From a virus, in the IMG/VR virus record IMGVR_UViG_3300020045_011333, positions 64,001 to 128,000 of that record: a stretch of 64,000 nucleotides of DNA. One strand, written 5' to 3'. Shown in pieces: positions 6,330 to 14,494 of the stretch. Below the pieces are notes generated by a model. That model did not search any database, was not told where the DNA came from, and saw only the letters and a program-made list of their open reading frames with translations. The first letter of the stretch is position 1. The number at the start of each line of letters is the position of its first letter. The position numbers were made by a program, and so were the translations under genes.

Positions 6330-8504
6330 ATGGCACTTACCTCCGCTCAAGTTAAAGCTAAAATTGATAAACTTTCAGTCAATATGGATAGGCTGGATCA
6401 GATTGTCAATGGTAGTGATACAGCTACTGTAGTAACAGACAATTCTATTGTCCCTTCTGTAGCTAAATTTTTTAAAACTTTAGAAGATGCTGGTGGTAGT
6501 GGTGCTGGCGGATATTATTTACCTGAGAAATATGGAGCGACGGGTAATGATCCCGTTCACGACGACTATCCGGGTATAAGAGCAGCTATGGATGCAGCAT
6601 TAGCTGCTGGCGGCGGCTCTATTTATTTTTACCCAGAAAAGACTTATTATCTTTCTCAAACTTTAGAAGTTGATCCTTCTAGGCTTACTATTATTGGTAA
6701 CAGTGCAAGGTGGGATTTTAGACTCAAGAATTTTATTGATCCTGCTACTATTGGAGAGTCCGTTAACAATCCTGATTTTAATGGACAAACCGGCTGGTCC
6801 ACAAGCCCATTTAATGGTAATACGATTACTTATGGATCGTCCACTGTTTCAGCACCTAATGTAGCTTCTGAAGGCGCTACTATTGGCACATATTCTGAAT
6901 TTGGACAACAAATGACGATGCAGCCGGGGAAAATGTACCGAGTTACGTTGCAAGTCGATAGTATTGATACGATTACTGTGGGTATTAACACTAGCAGGTC
7001 TGTAGGGGTCAGTTTCAGACAGTATGGGATAGGTAATGGTGGTTCAGATGGCACTTTAAGATGGGCCTCAAACACTAATACAGAATATAGTACTACTAAG
7101 ACTTGGGTTTGGGATGTATTAAATAATTTTACTAATCCGTATCTAACTGTTCAATCTAATAACGGATTTGTGATAACTAGAATTTCTGTTAAAGAATTAC
7201 CTAATAATACAATGGTATTAATGAGAGTACCACCAAGCGGACAACTTAGAGGACATAATTTCCACTCTATTTATAATTTAAAAATTAGAGGTAAATCTGG
7301 TACAAGTCTATATTCGGATGGGATAGTATTTGATACACCAACTAGCGGATTTGCTTCTCGTGTAAATATCTATAATCTTGATCTTTCCGAAAATGTGGGC
7401 CGAGGGTTTATTTTTCAAAACCGTGCCTACCTTATGAATTTTTATAGCTGCCGAGTCGTATGTTCTGTATCGTGCGTAGATACTCTTAGAGGATCTGCTG
7501 ACGCGGGAGAAAACATTAATTTCTTCGGAGGAAATTTAGGAGGAGGATTGGTTGGGATTACGTCCAGAAATATGGATATTAGATGCCATGGCATGTCTAT
7601 TGATTTTTCTCGCCAATGGATTGTTTCTAGGGGTGGTGTTGTTGAACTTATTGGTTGCCACTTAGAAAATTCTGATTTTGAAACTGATCAAACCGCTACG
7701 GATAATCAGTATCGAATTGACGTAGATGGTGGAACTGTTCTGATTGATGGTGGTTATGTACTAAACGGAGGAACCACAGCCAATCTAGTTAATGCTCTCG
7801 CTCCTTTTAGATGCACCAATGGCACTATTAGAATAAGGAATGCCGCTTATTATGGATTAAATGGCTCGCTAGGAAAAATCTCCGTAGGCGATGGTAAAGT
7901 GGAAATGTTTAAATGTCATAACACTTCTGGCCCAACAGCCACAATAATTGCTGACAATTCTAATGAAGTACCACCTATCGAAGGTACTGTTGTCCCGTTC
8001 GATATACCAGTTACATCAGGCACAACGATATTATCAGTAGCTATGAGTACGGAGCAAGCCAGAACTGGTACTTCATCTATTAAAATTCTGAAAAGTGGGC
8101 TTGGACCGGGCGTAGCTGCAACTGCTTATCTACTATTCCCTTGCGGTGCTTATCGTGGTTTTGGTATGGAAGCGTGGTGGAAAGTTCCTATTACTTCGGG
8201 ATTAACTAATCCATTTCCTGTATTTTTACAAACGGGGTGGTGTAGAGCGGTTAGAGGAACTGACGGTGCATTTAAAATTGTTAAAACAACTTTGGTTTCT
8301 GATTTACCATTAACAAATATTGATCCTACTATTGATAATCCTTGGACTAGAGTAGGCTCAATGACAACACGTCTGGATGGTAGCTCGTCTCATGATGGCG
8401 AAGCCCCACCTTGGGCTACCCATGCTTTTATGAATGTGGCTATGGTTCAAGCGCCTAATGGTGCAGCAATCTACTTTGACGATGTTCACTTTAATCAATA
8501 TTAA
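6330..8504 (+). CDS. tail spike/depolymerase: anchor, beta-helix with inserted carbohydrate-binding-like module, C-terminal CBM-like domain
   Basis: N-terminus paralogous to 1898-3772; LPEKYGATGND...IRAAMDAA...GGGSIYF cap motif; beta-helix repeats. Confidence 0.8.
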   Translation: MALTSAQVKAKIDKLSVNMDRLDQIVNGSDTATVVTDNSIVPSVAKFFKTLEDAGGSGAGGYYLPEKYGATGNDPVHDDYPGIRAAMDAALAAGGGSIYFYPEKTYYLSQTLEVDPSRLTIIGNSARWDFRLKNFIDPATIGESVNNPDFNGQTGWSTSPFNGNTITYGSSTVSAPNVASEGATIGTYSEFGQQMTMQPGKMYRVTLQVDSIDTITVGINTSRSVGVSFRQYGIGNGGSDGTLRWASNTNTEYSTTKTWVWDVLNNFTNPYLTVQSNNGFVITRISVKELPNNTMVLMRVPPSGQLRGHNFHSIYNLKIRGKSGTSLYSDGIVFDTPTSGFASRVNIYNLDLSENVGRGFIFQNRAYLMNFYSCRVVCSVSCVDTLRGSADAGENINFFGGNLGGGLVGITSRNMDIRCHGMSIDFSRQWIVSRGGVVELIGCHLENSDFETDQTATDNQYRIDVDGGTVLIDGGYVLNGGTTANLVNALAPFRCTNGTIRIRNAAYYGLNGSLGKISVGDGKVEMFKCHNTSGPTATIIADNSNEVPPIEGTVVPFDIPVTSGTTILSVAMSTEQARTGTSSIKILKSGLGPGVAATAYLLFPCGAYRGFGMEAWWKVPITSGLTNPFPVFLQTGWCRAVRGTDGAFKIVKTTLVSDLPLTNIDPTIDNPWTRVGSMTTRLDGSSSHDGEAPPWATHAFMNVAMVQAPNGAAIYFDDVHFNQY
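6355..6395 (+). repeat. 41-nt exact repeat, copy 2 (copy 1 at 1920-1960)
   Basis: Identical sequence read in both loci. Confidence 0.95.
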
Positions 8505-8510
8505 TAAAAT

Positions 8511-8585
8511 GCGGGTTTAGCTCAGAGGTAGAGCGTCTGATTTCCAATCAGAATGTCGCGAGTTCGATCCTCGCAATCCGCTCCA
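8511..8585 (+). tRNA. tRNA-Gly(TCC)
   Basis: GCGGGTT/AATCCGC; TCTGA-TTTCCAA-TCAGA; TCCA. Confidence 0.95.
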
Positions 8586-8602
8586 AAATTTAAAGGTGTT
8601 AA

Positions 8603-8845
8603 ATGGCGCATTTTATAAATAAACTAGTTGACAACGATGGTACTTTATGGTATCAGTACCATCGTAGAGCTACTGGAAGAATGTATGAGAGTCGCACGGT
8701 GTGGGGCGAAGATATTGGACAAGCTAGAGTCTTTACCACAGAAAGTGCTGCCAAGAGAAGTTCTAATGAAGAACGTTCAGAAGTAGTAGAAGTAGAAATT
8801 AAAATAATTAGTAACAATAGCTCAGTTGGTAGAGCGCCTGATTGA
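8603..8845 (+). CDS. hypothetical protein; 3' end overlaps tRNA-Phe
   Basis: AAGGTG RBS, 80-aa ORF. Confidence 0.6.
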   Translation: MAHFINKLVDNDGTLWYQYHRRATGRMYESRTVWGEDIGQARVFTTESAAKRSSNEERSEVVEVEIKIISNNSSVGRAPD

Positions 8846-8886
8846 AGCTCAGGAAGTCCGTGGTTCGAATCCTCGTTGTTACACCA
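8811..8886 (+). tRNA. tRNA-Phe(GAA)
   Basis: GTAACAA/TTGTTAC; CCTGA-TTGAAGC-TCAGG; ACCA. Confidence 0.92.
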
Positions 8887-8891
8887 AATAA

Positions 8892-8967
8892 GCGGCGGTA
8901 GTTTATACGGTAAAACCTAGGTCTCCAAAACCTAAGAAGCAGGTTCGAGTTCCTGAACGTCGTGCCA
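8892..8967 (+). tRNA. tRNA-Trp(CCA), irregular stems
   Basis: TAGGT-CTCCAAA-ACCTA; G73+CCA; acceptor has a G-A mismatch and the T-loop is 8 nt. Confidence 0.8.
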
Positions 8968-8994
8968 AAAATTATAAAGTAAAAGGAAAAATTA

Positions 8995-9204
8995 ATGCAG
9001 AAGTCAACAGATAAACTAGGCCAACATCCTATGGACCGTCGAGTAAATGGTCGGATGAAAATTCTACGAATTAAGAATGAAGATGGCACTGTAACTAAAA
9101 CTCGTATGGAAGTTCCATATGCTCGTCCTCGTTTTGAGCGTTATGAACCTTTTGTAAATCTAGGTAAGAAGTATCCCTTTGGCTCTAAGAAACAAGGTTT
9201 CTAA
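8995..9204 (+). CDS. hypothetical basic protein
   Basis: AAGGA RBS, 69-aa ORF. Confidence 0.6.
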   Translation: MQKSTDKLGQHPMDRRVNGRMKILRIKNEDGTVTKTRMEVPYARPRFERYEPFVNLGKKYPFGSKKQGF

Positions 9205-9392
9205 TGGTTGAAGTTCTTTTAATTTCTCGTATTATTCTATTAGTGCTATTTCCTTTAATTTTATGGCACTTGCATACTATTAAACTTTGGTCTTTTGATA
9301 AATTATTAGCTGTGCTAGTTTATAGCTTTTTAGGTCTTGACTTTGCTGCTAATGCATATAGAGTAGCATCTTACGTTATAGGAATTTTATAA
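9204..9392 (+). CDS. small membrane protein
   Basis: Two hydrophobic segments; start overlaps the upstream stop. Confidence 0.6.
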   Translation: MVEVLLISRIILLVLFPLILWHLHTIKLWSFDKLLAVLVYSFLGLDFAANAYRVASYVIGIL

Positions 9393-9773
9393 ATGGAATA
9401 TTGGGGCAAACATTTGCTTATTGATGCAAAGGCAGGATCAATTCCAGCTATTTCATCTAAAGAACATATTGCTAAATTCGTAGATGATCTTGTAATTGAG
9501 ATTGATATGATTAAGTACGGACCTCTTTGGATCGAGCGTTTTGCTACACACGATCCGGTTAAGTCCGGCATCTCATTTGTACAAATGATTGAAACAAGTA
9601 ATATTACAGGCCATCTAGTTGACGCTGATGGGGATTTCTATATTGATATTTTTTCATGTAAAGATTATAAAGTAGACGATGTTCTAGATTTGGTGCAAGA
9701 ATATTTTAATCCTAAGAGTGTTTCTTATAAAGTTGTTAATCGTGACGCTAAGTTAGAGCCACTGATTATTTGA
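9393..9773 (+). CDS. pyruvoyl-dependent S-adenosylmethionine decarboxylase (SpeD/SpeH)-like proenzyme
   Basis: GKHLLID...GISFVQMIETSNITGH...YIDIFSCK...YFNP pattern of the class 1 AdoMetDC family. Confidence 0.8.
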   Translation: MEYWGKHLLIDAKAGSIPAISSKEHIAKFVDDLVIEIDMIKYGPLWIERFATHDPVKSGISFVQMIETSNITGHLVDADGDFYIDIFSCKDYKVDDVLDLVQEYFNPKSVSYKVVNRDAKLEPLII

Positions 9774-9777
9774 ATAT

Positions 9778-9869
9778 GGAAGGTGATTGTGCTAGGTAGC
9801 ATACACGGTTTTGAAAACCGTTGGAACGTAGCGATACGTTTGGAGTTCGATACTGCCCGCCTTCTTCCA
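9778..9869 (+). tRNA. tRNA-Ser(TGA), degenerate T-stem and T73
   Basis: GGAAGGT/GCCTTCT; ACGGT-TTTGAAA-ACCGT; long variable arm; CCA. Confidence 0.75.
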
Positions 9870-9901
9870 TTATAATTTTAAAAAGAAAGAGAGATTACCC
9901 G

Positions 9902-10507
9902 ATGAAATCTTATTTACTTATTGACCGTTCCGGCTCCATGGCCAGTCGTTGGGCCGAAACTATTGGCGCTGTTAATGCATATGTCGAAGAACTAGCAAAA
10001 GATAAAGCTGGTAAGAAGGCTGATATTACTGTAGCTGTTTTTGATAGTGCCGCACCATTTGAACTTATTCGTGAAGATGTAAAAGTTTCTGAGTGGAAGC
10101 CTATTGCTCTTAATGAAGTTAGTCCACGCGGATCAACTCCTCTGTTTGACGCAGTGGGAACTTTAGTTCAAAAAGTTAAGGCCGCTTCTCCTAAGAAAGC
10201 TGCTGTGATTATTCTAACAGACGGTATGGAAAATTGTAGCAGAGAAATTAAAAAGGAAACTGCTAAAATTCTGCTTGACGAACTTCGTGCCAAGAATTAT
10301 GATGTTTCCTTCATCGGTGCCGACTTTGATGCATTTAGTCAGAGTAGTGGTTTAGGAAATGGTTATGGTAATACTATCATTATGAATGCTGGTAATTATG
10401 AAAAGGCATTTAGAGGTTTGGCTACTAAGTCTGCGAGTTATGCCGCAACTGGTTTAGTAGCTGAGTTTACGGATCAAGAGCGTAGTGCAGCCGTAGGTAA
10501 GAAGTAA
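9902..10507 (+). CDS. von Willebrand factor A domain protein
   Basis: LLIDRSGSM (MIDAS DxSxS), GSTPLFDAV, ILTDGMEN. The track start at 9821 lies inside tRNA-Ser, so ATG 9902 is used. Confidence 0.85.
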   Translation: MKSYLLIDRSGSMASRWAETIGAVNAYVEELAKDKAGKKADITVAVFDSAAPFELIREDVKVSEWKPIALNEVSPRGSTPLFDAVGTLVQKVKAASPKKAAVIILTDGMENCSREIKKETAKILLDELRAKNYDVSFIGADFDAFSQSSGLGNGYGNTIIMNAGNYEKAFRGLATKSASYAATGLVAEFTDQERSAAVGKK

Positions 10508-10514
10508 AATAGAA

Positions 10515-10589
10515 GACTAGGAGGCAGAAGGGTTATGCGTTGGACTGCAAATCCGATATGTGGGAGTTCGAACCTCTCTCTAGTCTCCA
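10515..10589 (+). tRNA. tRNA-Cys(GCA)
   Basis: GACTAGG/TCTAGTC; TTGGA-CTGCAAA-TCCGA; T73+CCA. Confidence 0.9.
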
Positions 10590-10593
10590 AAAA

Positions 10594-10680
10594 CGAGAAT
10601 GAAGCAGTCGGGTGATTGCAATGGTTTGCTAAACCAATTGGGCCGCAAGGTTTGGGGATCAAGACCTCCGTTCTCGGCCA
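10594..10680 (+). tRNA. tRNA-Ser(GCT)
   Basis: CGAGAAT/GTTCTCG; TGGT-TTGCTAA-ACCA; variable arm; G73+CCA. Confidence 0.88.
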
Positions 10681-10733
10681 TTATAATTTAGTATTTGACA
10701 GGTATTAAATTAAAAATAAATGAAGTGTTAAGT

Positions 10734-10809
10734 TCTCTACAATCCAAGCTTGGTGCATGGACGTGCCTGTTAAGCACTGATTAGCTCAGTTCGATTCTGA
10801 GGTAGAGAG
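10734..10809 (+). tRNA. tRNA-Asn(GTT), no encoded CCA, acceptor stem extended by flanking inverted repeat
   Basis: TCTCTAC/GTAGAGA; GTGC-CTGTTAA-GCAC; CTCAG-TTCGATT-CTGAG. Confidence 0.85.
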
Positions 10810-10825
10810 CTTAACACTTCTAAAT

Positions 10826-10911
10826 GGGTCTGCGGCAAAGCAGGAGAGTTGCGCCAGACTGTAAATCTGGTCCATAATGGTGAGTAGGCTCGATACCTTC
10901 CAGACCCACCA
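10826..10911 (+). tRNA. tRNA-Tyr(GTA)
   Basis: GGGTCTG/CAGACCC; CCAGA-CTGTAAA-TCTGG; variable arm; ACCA. Confidence 0.9.
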
Positions 10912-10928
10912 AATTAAATTTACTTAGG

Positions 10929-11000
10929 TGGCTGGTCGTCTAATGGTAAGACGCTAGATTTTGGTTCTGGATATTGGAGGTTCAAGTCCTCCCCGGCCAT
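10929..11000 (+). tRNA. tRNA-Gln(TTG), no encoded CCA
   Basis: TGGCTGG/CCGGCCA; CTAGA-TTTTGGT-TCTGG; GGAGG-TTCAAGT-CCTCC. Confidence 0.9.
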
Positions 11001-11012
11001 CTAAATAAATTT

Positions 11013-11088
11013 CCGTGATTAGCTTAACTGGTTAAAGCGCGAGTCTGTGGAACTCGTAAACCGAGTTCAAGTCTCGGGTCACGGTCCA
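11013..11088 (+). tRNA. tRNA-His(GTG) without genomic G-1, T73
   Basis: CCGTGAT/GTCACGG; CGAGT-CTGTGGA-ACTCG; TCCA; base -1 is T. Confidence 0.92.
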
Positions 11089-11104
11089 TAATAAAATTTT
11101 ATAA

Positions 11105-11176
11105 GCTCGCTTCGCCAAGTGGTAAGGCATTAGGTTTACATCCTAACATACGGAGGTTCAAATCCTTCAGCGAGTA
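11105..11176 (+). tRNA. tRNA-Val(TAC), no complete CCA
   Basis: GCTCGCT/AGCGAGT; TTAGG-TTTACAT-CCTAA; GGTTCAAATCC. Confidence 0.9.
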
Positions 11177-11177
11177 C

Positions 11178-11260
11178 GCGGGTATGATGAAATGGTAGCC
11201 TTGCGAGTTTTAGAAACTCGTGCCTCGTGCGTGGGGGTTCGAATCCCTCTACCCGCACCA
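11178..11260 (+). tRNA. tRNA-Leu(TAG)
   Basis: GCGGGTA/TACCCGC; CGAGT-TTTAGAA-ACTCG; variable arm; ACCA. Confidence 0.92.
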
Positions 11261-11285
11261 TTCAATACAAACTAGGAATATTAAA

Positions 11286-11462
11286 TTGCCTGAATTAAAT
11301 TACATCTATATCGTTGAAGGTTTTCGTCAATACGGAGATAGTTGGATTGAAGATATTTTTGACAGTGAAGAAAAAGCGTCCAATTATATTAAAAGTAAAA
11401 CGGATAATCTTGGCGAAGATGATGATTTGATCTTGACAATAAAAATATATATGGTAAAGTAG
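11286..11462 (+). CDS. small hypothetical protein (58 aa, TTG start)
   Basis: AGGA RBS before TTG 11286; the track start at 11220 is inside tRNA-Leu. Confidence 0.6.
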   Translation: MPELNYIYIVEGFRQYGDSWIEDIFDSEEKASNYIKSKTDNLGEDDDLILTIKIYMVK

Positions 11463-11477
11463 CCTTACAAAAATAAA

Positions 11478-11513
11478 AATAGCCGGGATTATTAATCCCG
11501 GCTATTACTTTTT
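11478..11513 (+). terminator. intrinsic terminator closing the tRNA region
   Basis: AATAGCCGGGATT-att-AATCCCGGCTATT followed by a T-run. Confidence 0.85.
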
Positions 11514-11529
11514 ATATTAGGAGAAAAAT

Positions 11530-12579
11530 TTGTATTATACAATTTATAAAATTACTAATTTATTAAATGGTAAAATTTATATTGGTCAGCATAAAACAAA
11601 GAATCTATATGATGGGTATTTAGGCTCTGGAAAAACTTTAAATAAAGCTTTAAATAAACATGGTATAAACAATTTTAAAAAAGAATATTTATTTGTTTTT
11701 GATAATTTCGAAGAAATGAATAATAAAGAAAAAGAATTGGTTAATGAAGAATTTATTAAAAGAAAAGATACTTATAATATAACCTTAGGAGGAGCTTATG
11801 GATATTTTGTTATTAATCCAGAAACAAATGAACTTGATAGTATTTTTAATTTAACGGAATTTATTGAAAATAGAAAGTTAAACTGTATTGAAAAATTTGG
11901 TGTATCCGAACCTGCTTGGAGTTTAGAGTGTGCAGAAAAAGCTAAACAAACTTCATTAAAAAGATATGGCAAAGAATATTATTCACAAACAGAAGAATAT
12001 TTAGAACGTAGAAGAACTACCTCCTTAGAGAAGTATGGATTTACCTCTCACATGATGAATTCTGCTGTATTACAGCAAAGAATAAATACTGGACTAGAAA
12101 AATATGGTGTAGAATACTACATGCAAACTGAAGAAGCGAAACAAATAGCATCTAAAAAACAAATTGAGATTATGTCAGACCCTGTAAAGAAAAAAGAAAT
12201 ATTAACTAAAGTTAAAAACACTAATTTAGAAAAATATGGTGTTGACCACATCTTTAAAGCAGAAAAATTTATAGAAAAAAGAAGAGAAACTAAGAAAAAT
12301 AACAGGCAACAAAAAATAAAGGATGACCCTAATTACCATAGGATTTTAATTAGTAATGGCTTAGAATATAAACGAGTGGATTACGATACAGAAATCCCAG
12401 AAGGCTGGTTTAGAGGTAGAACTAAAGAAAATGATGTACCCATAGAAAAGGTTTATGAGCTTAGAGAAGAATATAGTAAAGGAGGAATTAGCCAAGCCAA
12501 TCTAGCCAAAAAACACGGCGTAAATTTGAGTCAAGTAAAATACATTATTTATAAATCAGATAAGTACAAAAATATATAA
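11530..12579 (+). mobile_element. free-standing GIY-YIG homing endonuclease with repeated T.LEKYG modules and C-terminal HTH
   Basis: YTIYKITNLLNGKIYIGQHK...YLGSG...YNITLGG; five LEKYG-like repeats; GISQANLAKKHGV HTH; AGGAG RBS, TTG start. Confidence 0.88.
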
Positions 12580-12606
12580 TTATTTTATGTATTATTAAAA
12601 TAATAC

Positions 12607-12635
12607 TTGACATTTAATTTTTTATATGATATAGT
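12607..12635 (+). promoter_or_regulatory. sigma70-type promoter upstream of portal
   Basis: TTGACA-17 nt-TATAGT with TG. Confidence 0.8.
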
Positions 12636-12666
12636 TCATACATAAATTAAAAATGTAAGAAAATCA

Positions 12667-14283
12667 ATGGCGATTAACGATAAAAATTTACATGTAGTCA
12701 CGGCTGTTGGACAAGAATCAGTACAAAAGCATCCAGAGTATGCGTTTTGGCAAGAATATTGGTCCTTACTTAGAGATTCCATGCTAGGCGAAATAGCTAT
12801 TAAGGATAAGGGTACAGCATACCTCCCGCAAATGCAAGCTCAGAATTCTGAAGAATACTACGCCTTTAAGCAAAGAGCGTACTATTATTCAATGACACAA
12901 AGAACTTCAAATGGTTTAGTTGGAACTATTTTTAGACGTGATCCAAAAGTTAAAGATTTACCTCCACAATTTAAAAAATCCATCAAAAATATCTCTAAAG
13001 ATAATACATCTTTAAACACTTTTATCCGCGACACGGCCAATCAAATTTTTGATGTGGGCCGCGTCGGTGTTTTATTAGATATGGATAAAGATGGTAGTGG
13101 TACTCCTTTTTTCGTAAATTATATTGCAGAAAATATTATCGACTGGTCAGTAATTGAGAGAAATGGTCGTTACATACTTAAAGAAGTTCTACTTAGAGAA
13201 ATTGAAGAAGATAGGGATAGTCAAGCATTTCAACTTAGGACCACCTCTCTTAGGTATAAAGCTGTTTATCGTAAATTAAGTTTAGATGATGATGGAGTGT
13301 ATCGTCAATATATTTACAGAACTAAATTTTTTAATTATTCCTTAGTAACTGATGAAGAACCAGAAGTTGTTGAACCAAAGCGTTTAGGTGTTCCTTTTAA
13401 TTTTATTCCTTTTGTTTTCTTCGGGACATTAAGCAATAATCCACAAGTTGAAAAACCCCCTCTTCTAGACATTGCTCTAATGAACATTAGTCATTATCAG
13501 AGCGTAGCTCAACTAGAGCATGGCCGTTTTAATACCGCCCTTCCTGTTTATTATACCCACGTTAAAAGCGCCAGTGAAAAAGGCGGTGATTATGTTATTG
13601 GCCCTAATGTCGTTTGGGAGGTTGAAACTGAGAGGAGTCCTGGAATCATTGAATACAATGGGCAAGGCCTTATTTTCTTGGAACGTGCGCTAGAAGAAAA
13701 AGAAGCTAATATTTCTGCCATGGGCGGAAGAATGCTCGGAACTAAAACCACTGCTGTGGCAGAGTCAGATAATTTAGTCAAATTAAAAGAGAAAAACGAG
13801 ATATCCCTTCTTCTTAATGTAGTTACTGTTTTAAATGATGGATTTACCCAACTTCTTCTTTGGTGGATGTATTGGCAAAATGAAGATATTGACGAGTTAG
13901 AAACTAAAGTAGAACTTAGTAGAGACTTTCTATTTAAGGAAATTGATGCAAGGGAATTCCGCGCCTTTACCATGATGTATCAAGAAGGAATTATTCCAAT
14001 CGATACTATGTTTGAAATTCTACAAAAGACAGATATCATTGCTGAGGAAATGACTATTGAAGATTTCAAAACAATGTTAGAATCAGCTAATCAGTTTCCT
14101 AACAATCCTGATTTTGAGGCCCGTAAACTTGGCTATCCTAACGCTCAATCTAGAATTGATGCAGAAGAAGGCGAAAAAGAACGCACCAGCGCTGCATCCC
14201 AACTTCAACTGACACAGAGCTTTACGGCTCAACAGAATAAAATTAGCAGTACAACAAATGCCACAAAAACAAAACAAATTTGA
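12667..14283 (+). CDS. portal protein (DUF4055-type)
   Basis: 538 aa; AYLPQM...Y.AFKQRAYY, GRVGVLLD, YIAENIIDW, IPFVFFG...KPPLLDIA.MNISHYQ; first gene of the head module. Confidence 0.85.
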   Translation: MAINDKNLHVVTAVGQESVQKHPEYAFWQEYWSLLRDSMLGEIAIKDKGTAYLPQMQAQNSEEYYAFKQRAYYYSMTQRTSNGLVGTIFRRDPKVKDLPPQFKKSIKNISKDNTSLNTFIRDTANQIFDVGRVGVLLDMDKDGSGTPFFVNYIAENIIDWSVIERNGRYILKEVLLREIEEDRDSQAFQLRTTSLRYKAVYRKLSLDDDGVYRQYIYRTKFFNYSLVTDEEPEVVEPKRLGVPFNFIPFVFFGTLSNNPQVEKPPLLDIALMNISHYQSVAQLEHGRFNTALPVYYTHVKSASEKGGDYVIGPNVVWEVETERSPGIIEYNGQGLIFLERALEEKEANISAMGGRMLGTKTTAVAESDNLVKLKEKNEISLLLNVVTVLNDGFTQLLLWWMYWQNEDIDELETKVELSRDFLFKEIDAREFRAFTMMYQEGIIPIDTMFEILQKTDIIAEEMTIEDFKTMLESANQFPNNPDFEARKLGYPNAQSRIDAEEGEKERTSAASQLQLTQSFTAQQNKISSTTNATKTKQI

Positions 14284-14431
14284 CAATAATGAATTTGAGG
14301 ATGGTCACAATATTGATGACCTACTTAAAGAATTTGAATTAAATCTACCAGACGAGGACGATGCGTTTTTTGGTATTGAATTAGAAAGTTTGGAAGAATA
14401 CTTGGAAAAAAGTAAAATAAAAAAGAAATAA
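14258..14431 (+). CDS. small acidic hypothetical protein (57 aa), not in ORF track
   Basis: MPQKQNKFDNNEFEDGHNIDDLLKEFEL...KIKKK overlapping the portal end. Confidence 0.5.
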   Translation: MPQKQNKFDNNEFEDGHNIDDLLKEFELNLPDEDDAFFGIELESLEEYLEKSKIKKK

Positions 14432-14453
14432 AAATGGATAAAGAAATAAATTC

Positions 14454-14482
14454 TTGACTTTTTTATATTTTTACTATATAAT
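14454..14482 (+). promoter_or_regulatory. sigma70-type promoter
   Basis: TTGACT-17 nt-TATAAT. Confidence 0.85.
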
Positions 14483-14494
14483 GAGAAACATAAA

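Noticed and set aside
9821-9901. N-terminal extension of the VWA ORF in the track
   Set aside because: It falls inside tRNA-Ser(TGA); the same applies to the 11220 start inside tRNA-Leu and ORF 6223-6432 over tRNA-Glu
11530-12666. Terminase expected before the portal
   Set aside because: No Walker A or RNase H terminase ORF is present; it must lie outside the window
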